DNA from: an uncultured Rothia sp.
GTDB lineage: Bacteria > Actinomycetota > Actinomycetes > Actinomycetales > Micrococcaceae
Assembly: GCF_963555405.1 (NCBI RefSeq)
Contig: NZ_CAUVVO010000010.1
Span: 23,213 to 87,212, forward strand
DNA length: 64,000 nt
Direction: 5' to 3'
Positions within the stretch are counted from its first letter, which is position 1, and the number at the start of each line of letters is the position of its first letter. The translations under genes and the position numbers were made by a program. The notes beneath the pieces are model-generated. The model made no database searches, had not been told where the DNA came from, and saw nothing but the letters and a program-made list of their open reading frames with translations. Positions 38,481-48,433 of this stretch are shown here, in pieces.

Positions 38481-40064
38481 GTGAGCACTGAGCACACTGC
38501 CGCACCGGCGATTGCTGATATGTCCGAGCAGATGCAGATTCGCCTGGAGAAGCGTGCGAAGCTGATCGAGTCGGGTCGCGAGGCATACCCGGTGGGTCTG
38601 CTGGATTCTGAGGGTAACCGCGTGGAGCCCAACCACATTGAGGATCTGCGCGCCGAGTACGATCCGAAGCTGGCTGCTGAGGAGCTGAAGGCTGGCGACG
38701 AGACTGACCGTGTGGTGCATGTTGGTGGCCGCGTGGTGTTCGTCCGTAACACCGGTAAGCTGTGCTTCGCGACCCTGCAGGGTGGTACCGAGGGTAAGCG
38801 CATCCAGGCGATGCTTTCGCTGGCTGAGGTTGGCGAGGAGTCCCTGGCTGAGTGGAAGTCCCTGGTTGACCTGGGCGACCACGTGTTCGTGACCGGCCGC
38901 GTAATTGTTTCTCGCCGCGGTGAGCTGTCCATTATGGTGACCGACTGGAAGATGGCGTCGAAGGCTCTTCGCCCCATGCCGGTTCTGCACAAGGACCTGA
39001 ACGAGGAAACCCGCGTTCGCCAGCGTTACCTGGACCTGATGGTTCGCGAGGAGGCTCGCGAGCTGGTGAAGAAGCGCGCCCTGATTACCCGCACCGTCCG
39101 CCGCGTGCTGGAGGATCACGGCTACATTGAGGTTGAGACCCCCGTTCTGCAGCTGGTGCACGGTGGCGCGACTGCTCGCCCGTTCCGCACCCACCTGAAT
39201 GCTTTCGACCAGCCGATGACCATGCGTATTGCGACCGAGCTGCCGCTCAAGCGTGCAGTGGTTGGTGGTATTGAGCGCGTGTACGAGATTGGTCGCGTGT
39301 TCCGTAACGAGGGTGTGGACTCGACCCACAGCCCCGAGTTCACCACCCTGGAGTGCTACGAGACCTACGCAGACCAGTTCGTGATGGCTGAGCGCATGAA
39401 GGAGATTATCCAGAGCTGCGCGAAGGCTGTTGGTACCGAGCGTATTGAGACCGAGAACGGCACCATTGACCTGTTCGGTGAGTGGAAGTGGGTTGGCGTG
39501 TACCCGGGTCTGTCTGAGGCTGTGGGCGTTGAGATCACCCCCGAGACTGACGCTTCCGTTCTGCGTGAGATTGCTGAGAAGCACGAGGTTGATATCGACC
39601 CGAAGTGGGACGCTGAGAAGCTGGTGACCGAGCTCTTCGGTGAGATTGTTGAGCCGACCCTGGTGAACCCGACCTTCGTGTACGATTACCCGCCGAGCGC
39701 TCAGCCGCTGGCTCGTCCGCACCGTTCCGGTGAACCTCTGATTGAGGCGTGGGACCTGATTATTGGCGGTATGGAGCGTGGTACCGCGTTCTCCGAGCTG
39801 ATTGATCCGGTCATTCAGCGTGAGCGTCTGACCGCTCAGTCGTTGCTGGCTGCTGCCGGTGACGATGAGGCGATGGAGCTGGATGAGGACTTCCTGCGCG
39901 CCCTGGAGCACGGTGCACCTCCGATGGGTGGCCTGGGTCTGGGCATTGACCGTCTGATTATGCTGCTGGCGGGCGACCAGGATCCGGAGCGTCCGGGTAC
40001 TGTGGTGCGTCAGCCCGGTATTCGTGAGACTATTCTCTTCCCCCTGATGAAGCCGGAAGCCTAA
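38481..40064 (+). CDS. lysS: lysine--tRNA ligase (class II)
   Basis: OB-fold N-terminal domain. Class II motifs FRNEGVDSTHSPEFT and GGLGLGIDRLIML. Confidence 0.95.
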   Translation: MSTEHTAAPAIADMSEQMQIRLEKRAKLIESGREAYPVGLLDSEGNRVEPNHIEDLRAEYDPKLAAEELKAGDETDRVVHVGGRVVFVRNTGKLCFATLQGGTEGKRIQAMLSLAEVGEESLAEWKSLVDLGDHVFVTGRVIVSRRGELSIMVTDWKMASKALRPMPVLHKDLNEETRVRQRYLDLMVREEARELVKKRALITRTVRRVLEDHGYIEVETPVLQLVHGGATARPFRTHLNAFDQPMTMRIATELPLKRAVVGGIERVYEIGRVFRNEGVDSTHSPEFTTLECYETYADQFVMAERMKEIIQSCAKAVGTERIETENGTIDLFGEWKWVGVYPGLSEAVGVEITPETDASVLREIAEKHEVDIDPKWDAEKLVTELFGEIVEPTLVNPTFVYDYPPSAQPLARPHRSGEPLIEAWDLIIGGMERGTAFSELIDPVIQRERLTAQSLLAAAGDDEAMELDEDFLRALEHGAPPMGGLGLGIDRLIMLLAGDQDPERPGTVVRQPGIRETILFPLMKPEA

Positions 40065-40095
40065 GCTTTAGCTTCACCTTGAGAGGTGATAATGC

Positions 40096-40141
40096 GGCGG
40101 GTGCCGCGGATACGGTTGTATCTGCGGCACCCGCCGTTTTT
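40096..40141 (+). terminator. rho-independent terminator after lysS
   Basis: ggcgggtgccgc-N16-gcggcacccgcc followed by gttttt. Confidence 0.75.
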
Positions 40142-40748
40142 GCGTGCACTCTTTTGCACGGTGTATAGCTCCCGAGGTGGGATTTTCTGTTTATTTGCAC
40201 AGGTCAGGGGCTTTTTTCGGTGCTTTTTTGCTCTATTCTGGTGCTGATTTATGCTGCTCTATTCGTTCTGGCGGGGGTTTCTGTTCTTATACACGAATGT
40301 GTTGCATAGAAAAGAATGAGCTGTTGGGATAGGGCCAGAATTTCGCTTTTGAATAGCCTAGGAATGCCTGGAGTGAATGGCGTATTGTGGGTGCCCGTGC
40401 GGGTGATGTAATTCCTGGGGATTGTTGGTGGTGCCGTGTTGTGCATTGTTCGATATTGTCCCCATAGTGTGTGCCGGAGGAATCCAAAGTATTTGCACTC
40501 TAAACTGCGCATTAATGTGTGCGGGACGAGTGTGGATTTAACGGAGGTGAACGGAATGGATATATCGCTCAGGGCGATCAGCGCATTGTTTCAATATTCA
40601 GGAAGTTTTCGGAATCTTTAATATATTTCTGTTATTATGTGAAAGAAAATTAGTACATAAATATATCCGGCACACTATTTTCTCAATCTCCGATAGAGGC
40701 TTTTGGGTTTATCCACAGGATATATGCAACAGATGAGGAGGTGCCTCA

Positions 40749-41102
40749 ATGGCACAGAAGGTTCGCATCATCCTTGAAGACGATCTCGACGGCGGCCCCG
40801 CAGACGAAACCATCCGTTTCGGCCTGGACGGCGCTCACTACGAGATCGACCTGTCCTCCGCTAACGCAGCTCGCCTGCGTGACGCTATCCGCCCCTTCGT
40901 GGCAAAGTCCCGCCGCGTGCAGGGTACCGCTACCCAGCGCACCCGTGCACCCCGCGGCACCGCTGCTCCGGTCAAGCGTAACCCCGAGACCGCAGCAATC
41001 CGCGAGTGGGCTAAGGCTAACGGCCACAAGGTCTCTGACCGCGGCCGCATCCACCAGGATATTCAGGACGCATACTACGAAGCAATGAAGGCTCAGGACT
41101 AA
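40749..41102 (+). CDS. lsr2: nucleoid-associated protein Lsr2
   Basis: MAQKVRIILEDDLDGG..IRFGLDGAHYEIDLS and C-terminal IREWAKANGHKVSDRGRI (AT-hook-like RGR). GAGGAGG SD. Confidence 0.95.
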   Translation: MAQKVRIILEDDLDGGPADETIRFGLDGAHYEIDLSSANAARLRDAIRPFVAKSRRVQGTATQRTRAPRGTAAPVKRNPETAAIREWAKANGHKVSDRGRIHQDIQDAYYEAMKAQD

Positions 41103-41169
41103 GGGTTCTACGCATTGCGTGTAGCCGGAGGGGTTGGTTCTTTAAGGTTCTAAACCTCCGGGTGCTTAG

Positions 41170-41204
41170 GGCGGACGGTGTTATCACCGTCCGCCTTTTG
41201 TTTT
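41170..41204 (+). terminator. rho-independent terminator after lsr2
   Basis: ggcggacggtg-ttat-caccgtccgcc followed by ttttgtttt. Confidence 0.85.
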
Positions 41205-42053
41205 GCCCTCTTGTATGTGTTGTATGTTCTGCATATCTGAATGGGGCGGATGTTTTATGGCTAATTCCAATTAACTATTTACGCGTAAAATATATGGGGC
41301 TGGTTGATGGGGCAATCGGTGCAATACCGAGAAGGGTATTGGTTGAACGCAGGGGCATAGTACGCATTCGGAATCTGTGTTCATTTAGATTTCATGCATC
41401 GGCAGGAACACTAAAGGTGTTGGCGCATTAATCTCTTTGATGCTGTTGTTATTCGTCGAGATATTCCCCCTGTGTGGGGTGTGGGGTCTACCCTGAATAG
41501 AGCCGAAAATAATAAGTGCGCCACCCGTGCGCTGTCGTGGAGATTTCCTCTGATACTTCCCCCGATACCACGATGATTATCAGCGGAAATTCTGTTGCGG
41601 ATTGCCTGGGAATTATGTGGAAATATTCTGCCAATAATCGAGCCGTATATATTTTTGCGAATTATTGAAATTTCTCACGCAAACATATAAATTTTTAAAA
41701 ATTTCTGCAATATATTCACGCGCGTGCAGAAAACTAGGGGTTCCAGTGTGGGTCTGTGTGGCTTCTTGTGCGTTCTGCTCTCCCGGACGCCTTCGTATCG
41801 GCGCTACCGCCCCTCAGAGCCCACTTGCAGAGCCTCCGCATCTGCTGTCCGGCCTCTCCCTCACCTGTGGGAGCTACTCCTTGGAACCTCCCCAAGATCC
41901 CGCGGAACCCCCTCCTGGGCGCCCGAAACCGCGCCTAAAACGCCCCGAACAGCTCATCTGTTCTCTTGATGGCGAACAGGCGCCCACACGCGGGGCATAA
42001 ACCCGCAGCTCAACGTACTCTTGTATCAATAGGAAAATGCAAGGAGTGCGTAA

Positions 42054-44624
42054 ATGTTTGAACGCTTTACCGATCGAGCTCGGCGCGTTGTGGTGCTTGC
42101 CCAGGAAGAGGCACGCATGCTCAACCACAACTACATCGGTACCGAACACCTGCTGCTCGGTCTGATTCACGAGGGCGAAGGCATCGGTGCTCGCGCCCTG
42201 GAATCATTGGGCGTTACCCTGAACGCAGTACGTGAACAGGTTCAGGACATCGTCGGCCCCGGCCCCCAGGCCCCGAACGGTCATATCCCCTTCACCCCCC
42301 GCGCGAAGAAGGTTCTCGAACTGTCCATGCGCGAGGCTATTCAGCTCAACCACGGCTACATCGGTACCGAGCACATCCTGCTCGGTATGGTGCGTGCGAA
42401 CGAGGGCGTGGCAAACCAGGTGCTGGTCAAGCTGGGCGCTGAGCCTGCCGCCGTGCGCCAGGCTGTCATGGACCTGATTTCCGGCTACCCCGGCAACAAC
42501 TCCGGTGAGAAGGAAACCGCCGGCGTGGGTGCAGGTAACTCTCGCGAAGGCACTCCCGCGGGTTCGACCATCCTGGATCAGTTCGGCCGCAACCTCACCG
42601 CCGCTGCACGTGAGGGCGAGCTGGACCCGGTTATTGGTCGCCACAAGGAGATGGAACGCGTTATGCAGGTCCTCTCCCGCCGTACCAAGAACAACCCCGT
42701 GCTGATTGGTGAGCCCGGCGTCGGTAAGACCGCCGTCGTGGAGGGCCTGGCACAGGCTATCGTGCACGGTGACGTCCCCGAGACCCTCAAGGACAAGCAC
42801 CTGTACACCCTGGACCTCGGCTCCCTGGTCGCGGGTTCCCGTTACCGCGGTGACTTCGAAGAGCGCCTGAAGAAGGTCCTGAAGGAAATCCGCTCCCGCG
42901 GCGACATCATTCTGTTCATTGACGAGATCCACACCCTTGTCGGTGCGGGTGCCGCAGAGGGCGCGATTGATGCTGCTTCCATCCTCAAGCCCATGCTGGC
43001 TCGAGGCGAACTGCAGACCATCGGTGCAACCACCCTGGACGAGTACCGCAAGCACATCGAGAAGGACGCCGCACTGGAGCGCCGCTTCCAGCCGATTCAG
43101 GTTGAGGAGCCCTCCCAGGAGCTCGCCGTACAGATCCTCAAGGGTGTGCGCGACAAGTACGAGGCACACCACCGCGTCACCATCACCGACGAGGCGATTG
43201 AGACCGCCGTGAACCTCGCGGCACGCTACATCTCCGACCGCTTCCTGCCGGATAAGGCTGTCGACCTGATTGACGAGGCGGGCGCACGCCTGCGCATCAA
43301 GCGCATGACCGCACCCCCGGAAATCAAGCTGCTCGACGAGAAGGCAGCCAAGCTGCGCCAGCAGAAGGAAGACGCCATCAACTCCCAGGATTACGAGAAG
43401 GCCGCAGGCCTGCGTGATCAGGAGCAGAAGGTCCTGGCTGAGAAGGAAGAAGCCGAGAAGGCATGGCGCGAAGGCGGCGATGCATTCGGCACCGTGACCC
43501 CCGAGGTTATTTCTGAGGTTCTGGCTGCTTCCACCGGTGTTCCGGTCTACAAGATCACCGAGGAAGAGTCGACCCGCCTGCTGACCATGGAGCAGGAGCT
43601 CCACAAGCGCGTCATCGGCCAGGAGCACGCTATTGCGGCGCTGTCCCGCGCTATTCGCCGTACTCGTGCAGGTCTGAAGGACCCGCGCCGCCCCGGTGGT
43701 TCGTTCATCTTCGCCGGCCCGACCGGTGTGGGTAAGACCGAGCTCGCTAAGGCTCTGGCGGAGTTCCTGTTCGGCGATGAGGATTCGCTCATCACCCTGG
43801 ACATGTCCGAGTACCAGGAGAAGCACACCGTCTCCCGTCTGTTCGGTGCGCCTCCCGGCTACGTTGGCTACGATGAGGGCGGCCAGCTGACCGAGAAGGT
43901 CCGCCGCAAGCCCTTCTCCGTGGTCCTGTTCGACGAGGTGGAGAAGGCTCACGCCGACCTGTTCAACTCGCTGCTGCAGATCCTGGAAGACGGTCGCCTG
44001 ACCGACTCGCAGGGTCGCGTGGTGGACTTCAAGAACACCGTCATCATCATGACCACCAACCTGGGTTCGCGTGACGTGAACCGCCGCATCCCGGTTGGTT
44101 TCCAGGCGATGGATGACACCGCAGCCGACTACGAGCGCATGCAGGCACGCGTGATGGAGAACCTCAAGGAGCACTTCCGCCCCGAGTTCCTGAACCGTGT
44201 GGACGACATTATCGTCTTCCCGCAGCTCTCCGAGTCTGAGATTCTGCAGATTGTGGACCTGTTCGTGGGTCGCCTGGCTAAGCGCCTGGCGGAGCAGGAT
44301 ATGTCCATCGAGCTGACCAACGCTGCGAAGGTTCTCATGGCGGCTAAGGGTTACGACCCGTCCATGGGTGCTCGTCCTCTGCGCCGCGAGATGCAGCGCA
44401 ACATTGAGGACGCCCTGTCTGAGAAGATCCTCTTCGGCGACATCAAGCCCGGTGAGAAGATCACCGTGGATGTTGAGGGTGAGGGCGACTCCGCGAAGTT
44501 CGTCTTCTCCTCGCAGCCGATGAAGGAGTTGGCTCTGGATTCAGTGCAGGAGCTGAACGAGGGTGAGTCTTCCGAGGCTCCCGCAGCTGAGGCACCTGCC
44601 GCTGAGGGTCAGGGCAACGACTAG
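42054..44624 (+). CDS. clpC: ATP-dependent Clp protease ATP-binding subunit ClpC
   Basis: [37 protein letters not shown] (Clp_N repeats), two AAA modules ([18 protein letters not shown]), UVR-like linker. Confidence 0.95.
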   Translation: MFERFTDRARRVVVLAQEEARMLNHNYIGTEHLLLGLIHEGEGIGARALESLGVTLNAVREQVQDIVGPGPQAPNGHIPFTPRAKKVLELSMREAIQLNHGYIGTEHILLGMVRANEGVANQVLVKLGAEPAAVRQAVMDLISGYPGNNSGEKETAGVGAGNSREGTPAGSTILDQFGRNLTAAAREGELDPVIGRHKEMERVMQVLSRRTKNNPVLIGEPGVGKTAVVEGLAQAIVHGDVPETLKDKHLYTLDLGSLVAGSRYRGDFEERLKKVLKEIRSRGDIILFIDEIHTLVGAGAAEGAIDAASILKPMLARGELQTIGATTLDEYRKHIEKDAALERRFQPIQVEEPSQELAVQILKGVRDKYEAHHRVTITDEAIETAVNLAARYISDRFLPDKAVDLIDEAGARLRIKRMTAPPEIKLLDEKAAKLRQQKEDAINSQDYEKAAGLRDQEQKVLAEKEEAEKAWREGGDAFGTVTPEVISEVLAASTGVPVYKITEEESTRLLTMEQELHKRVIGQEHAIAALSRAIRRTRAGLKDPRRPGGSFIFAGPTGVGKTELAKALAEFLFGDEDSLITLDMSEYQEKHTVSRLFGAPPGYVGYDEGGQLTEKVRRKPFSVVLFDEVEKAHADLFNSLLQILEDGRLTDSQGRVVDFKNTVIIMTTNLGSRDVNRRIPVGFQAMDDTAADYERMQARVMENLKEHFRPEFLNRVDDIIVFPQLSESEILQIVDLFVGRLAKRLAEQDMSIELTNAAKVLMAAKGYDPSMGARPLRREMQRNIEDALSEKILFGDIKPGEKITVDVEGEGDSAKFVFSSQPMKELALDSVQELNEGESSEAPAAEAPAAEGQGND

Positions 44625-44657
44625 GCTCTCAATAGCTAAGTTTTAGCGTACTAAACA

Positions 44658-44700
44658 CCTGAGGGGCGGTACCGGTAATCTTCCGGTACCGCCCCTCAGG
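44658..44700. terminator. bidirectional terminator between clpC and mutY
   Basis: cctgaggggcggtaccgg-taatctt-ccggtaccgcccctcagg, an 18-bp perfect stem. Confidence 0.75.
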
Positions 44701-44747
44701 CATTTCTATACTTTTAGGAGCCTCTAGGAGCCTCTCTGCGGCGGGTA

Positions 44748-45788
44748 CTAGAGCGAGACGAGCACTGTATCGCCCTGGGTGACTTCGCGGGCGAGAGAGT
44801 CCGCCAGCAGCCCCGCATAGCAGCGCTGCAGCTGCTCGGCGGCGGGGGAGAGCGCATACAGCGCCTTGAGCGGGCGATGCACCGCTGCGGGTGCGTCCGC
44901 GGGGAAAGCCAGGTCAGGCGAAGAAGCCGCAGCGGGTGAAGAGGTCGCCTCGCCAGCCGAGGTCACACCTGCACCCAGGATGAGGTCGCGCTCCACCGGC
45001 TCATGCGCCGCCCGCAGCACCGCCATCACCGCGCCGCGCACCTGACGGTCCGTGCCGTGCCAGCTCTGACCCTTGGGGGTGTAGTCAGCCTCCGGCTTGC
45101 CCGCCGCAACCCAGGCGCACAGATCCTCCACCGGGCACAGCTGACAGCTCGGGGACTTCGCCGTGCAGACCAGCGCACCAAGTTCCATGGTCGCTGCATT
45201 CCACAGGCAGGAGGTGGGGGTGTCGGCGGGCATGAGCGCTTCCGCCAGGCGAGTCTCAGCCGCGGTCAACGAGCGGGAGGGTAGCGCCTTGCCGGAGACA
45301 GCGCGCGCGTGCACGCGGCGGATATTCGTATCAATCACGGTGGCGCGCAGACCGAACGCGAACACGCTAATCGCAGCCGCCGTGTAGGAACCCACGCCCG
45401 GCAGAGCCAGCAGTGCCTCATAGTCGGCGGGAACCTCACCGCCGTGCTGCTCCACAATCGCCACAGCGGCACCGTGCAGACGCTGCGCGCGGCGCGGGTA
45501 ACCCAGGCGACCCCAGGCGCGCACCGCCTCCGAGGCGGGCTCGGCGGCAAGGTCGGCGGGGGTGGGCCAGCGGCGCATCCACTCCTCCCACACGGGTAGG
45601 ACGCGCTTGACGGGGGTTTGCTGCAGCATGAACTCGCTGACCATCACACCCCAGGGGGTGCACTCGTCGCGGCGCCAGGGAAGGTCTCGTGCCTGGTCCA
45701 GAAACCATTGGTTAATGCGCTGGTGGAGCGCCTCAACGTGGGTGCCTTCGGGGAGGTGCTGTGTGGGGGTGGATGCTTCTGTGGTCAT
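44748..45788 (-). CDS. mutY: A/G-specific adenine DNA glycosylase
   Basis: LPWRRDECTPWGVMVSEFMLQQTPV, HhH LPGVGSYTAAA, and the Fe-S cluster C-x6-C-x2-C-x5-C (CTAKSPSCQLCPVEDLC). Confidence 0.9.
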   Translation of the reverse strand: MTTEASTPTQHLPEGTHVEALHQRINQWFLDQARDLPWRRDECTPWGVMVSEFMLQQTPVKRVLPVWEEWMRRWPTPADLAAEPASEAVRAWGRLGYPRRAQRLHGAAVAIVEQHGGEVPADYEALLALPGVGSYTAAAISVFAFGLRATVIDTNIRRVHARAVSGKALPSRSLTAAETRLAEALMPADTPTSCLWNAATMELGALVCTAKSPSCQLCPVEDLCAWVAAGKPEADYTPKGQSWHGTDRQVRGAVMAVLRAAHEPVERDLILGAGVTSAGEATSSPAAASSPDLAFPADAPAAVHRPLKALYALSPAAEQLQRCYAGLLADSLAREVTQGDTVLVSL

Positions 45789-45881
45789 CCGAAAAGCCTA
45801 CGCCACGGGGCATATATTCCCAAAACCGCATGAACGGGGTTCACTGTGATTCTCAGGGTTAAACCCGGTATCCTTAAGGGT

Positions 45882-46691
45882 ATGTCTGAAAATGGTCCCG
45901 TTCTGCCTCCCGAAGTGTACCGCCGTCGTCGTATCGTGGCGGTCATTGCTCTGCTCGCTGTCATTCTGCTGCTGGTCGCCGGCGTGACCTCCATGGTCGG
46001 CATGATTAACGGCAAGAAGGACGCCACTGTAGCCTCCACTGCGACGGCTTCCGGTGCGCCCTTCCAGAGCTTCAGTGCTCGCCCCTCCGAAACTGCTTCG
46101 GCGACCCCGTCCGCTAGTGCGACTGCCTCTGCGACCGCGTCTGCGTCGGCTACCGCAACTGCTTCGGCAACTCCCTCGGTGACCGCATCTGCGGCACCCA
46201 CCGCAAGCGTGACCACCGCGGCTGCAACCCCTGCGGCAACCACCCCCGCGGCAACCCCGGCTGCTCCCGCACCGACTCCGAGCGTGACCACTGCGGCTGC
46301 TGTTGCTGCATGTACCGCGAACGACCTGAAGGTGACCGTCACCCCCACGAAGCGCACCTTCGCAGCCGGTGAGCAGGTGTCCTTCCACGTGACTTACACG
46401 AACTCCTCGAAGACCCCCTGCGCTGTGGGTGGCGAGGGCGCGAACACCGGCGTGGACCTGAACATCACCTCCGGTGCGGCTCAGGTGTACACCCGCAGCC
46501 TGTGCGCGGCGACCGCCGTTCAGAAGGCTGAGGTAGCCGCAGGTGCCGAGGCGGCAACCGACCTGGCGTGGGACCGTAAGATCAACGTCCTGGGTTGCTC
46601 TTCCGCTTCGACCGCTCAGAAGGGTTCTTACTGGGCGACCGCCACGGTGAATGGTGTGAGCTCGGCTCCGGTGAACTTCATCATTCAGTAG
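45882..46691 (+). CDS. membrane-anchored protein with Ala/Thr/Ser-rich linker and Cys-containing C-terminal domain
   Basis: One TM helix (IVAVIALLAVILLLVAGV), a long ATS low-complexity linker, then a four-Cys beta-rich domain. Positional equivalent of the membrane protein between mutY and disA in mycobacteria. Confidence 0.6.
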   Translation: MSENGPVLPPEVYRRRRIVAVIALLAVILLLVAGVTSMVGMINGKKDATVASTATASGAPFQSFSARPSETASATPSASATASATASASATATASATPSVTASAAPTASVTTAAATPAATTPAATPAAPAPTPSVTTAAAVAACTANDLKVTVTPTKRTFAAGEQVSFHVTYTNSSKTPCAVGGEGANTGVDLNITSGAAQVYTRSLCAATAVQKAEVAAGAEAATDLAWDRKINVLGCSSASTAQKGSYWATATVNGVSSAPVNFIIQ

Positions 46692-46727
46692 TTCACGTCT
46701 ATAGTTTTCGCCCGTGAATGGGCACGC

Positions 46728-46770
46728 AAAAGCCCCCGTGCTGGATACTTTCCGGCGCGGGGGCTTTAGC
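46728..46770. repeat. hairpin repeat copy 1 (terminator-like)
   Basis: aaaagcccccgtgctggatactttccggcgcgggggctttagc. A near-copy lies at 47092..47136. Confidence 0.7.
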
Positions 46771-46783
46771 TTTTATCTGGTTA

Positions 46784-47008
46784 TTACTTGGAGGCGCGAG
46801 GCTTGGCGAAGCGGCGCTCGCCCAGGTACCCGAGCAGGCTACCGAATGCGGTCCACTGTAACGCCGCCAGCAGCAGGGTGGACAGGTCGGTCACCTCAAA
46901 GGAATTGGGGATGACCTTGAACCACAGCAGCGGCAGGTAAATCAGGAACAGGATGGGGGACGCCCACACGAAGAACGGGACGGGGCGTTTGGTGTGTGAG
47001 TACGACAT
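46784..47008 (-). CDS. small two-TM membrane protein (hypothetical)
   Basis: 74 aa. Perfect AAGGAGG SD 5 nt upstream of the ATG. Two hydrophobic helices. Confidence 0.65.
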   Translation of the reverse strand: MSYSHTKRPVPFFVWASPILFLIYLPLLWFKVIPNSFEVTDLSTLLLAALQWTAFGSLLGYLGERRFAKPRASK

Positions 47009-47091
47009 TGTGACCTCCTTGGGGCGTCAAGGTGTGAAGGGTAAGCTTCACTGTCACTACATCATAATGCAAAAGGTTCTCGCGAGGTCAG

Positions 47092-47136
47092 AAAAAAGCC
47101 CCCCGTGCTGGATATTCTTCCGGCGCGAGGGCTTTC
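47092..47136. repeat. hairpin repeat copy 2 (terminator-like, after disA)
   Basis: aaaaaagccccccgtgctggatattcttccggcgcgagggctttcg. Confidence 0.7.
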
Positions 47137-47148
47137 GTATAGGTCTTC

Positions 47149-48210
47149 TTAGAGGTACTTCTCCAGGCTACTCTCCGCCATGCGGGACAGCTGCTCACGC
47201 ACCGTGCGGGCACGAGCCTCACCCACACCATCCACGGCGCGCAGGTCCTCAAGGGACGCCGCCATGAGAGCCTGCAGGCTACCAAAGCGCTCCACCAGAC
47301 GCTCAGAAATAGCGTTCGGAATGCTCGGAATACCGGCGAGCAGACGGAAACCGCGAGGCTGCAGGGGTAGCTCCAGGTCGGGGTTCTCACCAAAGCCGAC
47401 GGTGCGGGCAATCGTGCGCAGATCCACGATGTCCATATCGTCCAGGTTCTGCAGCGCCTCAACGCCGGCGGTAATCAGCTCGTCGTTCACCTCGGGCAGG
47501 TAGTCGCGTAGAATCAGGTCGCTGGCGGTCATCTCGGGGGCGCGCAGCTCCTCCAGCTGCAGGGCGATCAGGCGGCCGTGCACGCCGAGCTCCAGCACGT
47601 AGTGGCTGACCTCGCGGATAATGCGGTTCACCATCTCCATGCGCTGCAGGGTCATCGCCACGTCGCTCAGGGAAACGTTCGACTCAATCTCCTGGGAGGA
47701 GAGGTTGGAGAGCACCGAACGCAGACGCTTCTTATAGCTTTCAAGGGTCTGAATCGCCTGGTTTGCGCGAGCCATGAGGTACTGGCTGTCCTCAACCATG
47801 TAGCGGGTGCCGTCAACGTATACCGAAATCACGGACATCGACGCGCTCACCGAAATCACCGGGAAACCGGTCTGAATTGCGGTGCGCTCGGCGGTGCGGT
47901 GGCGGGTGCCGGACTCGTTCGTTTCAATGGAGGCGTCCGGCATGAGCTGCACGCCGGCGTGCAACAGGCGGGTGGCGTCGCGGTCGCAGATGATAGCGCC
48001 ATCCATCTTCGCCAGCTCGCGCAGGCGGGTTGCTGAGAACTCAGTGTCGATGTTGAAACCGCCCGATGACAAGGAGGATACGGTGCGGTCGGATCCGAGT
48101 ACGATGAGCGCGCCCGTACGGCCACGCATGATGCGTTCCAGGCCCTCGCGGAGCTCGGTGCCGGGGGCGATTCGGGCAATAGTTTTAAGCAATAGGTCAC
48201 TATAATTCAT
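47149..48210 (-). CDS. disA: DNA integrity scanning protein DisA (diadenylate cyclase)
   Basis: LREGLERIMRGRTGALIVLG, DGAII and RHRTAER DAC-domain motifs, C-terminal HhH. Met at 48210. Confidence 0.9.
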   Translation of the reverse strand: MNYSDLLLKTIARIAPGTELREGLERIMRGRTGALIVLGSDRTVSSLSSGGFNIDTEFSATRLRELAKMDGAIICDRDATRLLHAGVQLMPDASIETNESGTRHRTAERTAIQTGFPVISVSASMSVISVYVDGTRYMVEDSQYLMARANQAIQTLESYKKRLRSVLSNLSSQEIESNVSLSDVAMTLQRMEMVNRIIREVSHYVLELGVHGRLIALQLEELRAPEMTASDLILRDYLPEVNDELITAGVEALQNLDDMDIVDLRTIARTVGFGENPDLELPLQPRGFRLLAGIPSIPNAISERLVERFGSLQALMAASLEDLRAVDGVGEARARTVREQLSRMAESSLEKYL

Positions 48211-48433
48211 CTGCACGAAAACCATTGTACCCGTAAGGGCGGTTATTGAGCCAGGTCAGGGGCGGAACGGCGGGCTAAAGTGCCTCAAAAACGAACGGAT
48301 ATTCTCGATATTTATACGGGAGTGCACCGGGCTAAACTATCTGCGTTTAAGAGTAAAAATGCGTTCTGTGGCATCCCATTTCGCCGTGACCAAACACTGC
48401 GCACCATATTGCCCCAGACCCTAAAATAGACCC

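Noticed and set aside
40144-40621. Short ORFs (61-87 aa, both strands) in the AT-rich region upstream of lsr2.
   Set aside because: They have no SD sequences, carry Cys/Phe/Leu-rich translations typical of random AT-rich sequence, and overlap each other on both strands.
41665-42000. 111-aa and overlapping 60-81-aa ORFs in the long region upstream of clpC.
   Set aside because: There are three overlapping frames with Pro/Ser/Arg-rich translations and no SD. The region is more likely a 5' UTR or regulatory region. I cannot exclude a small gene.
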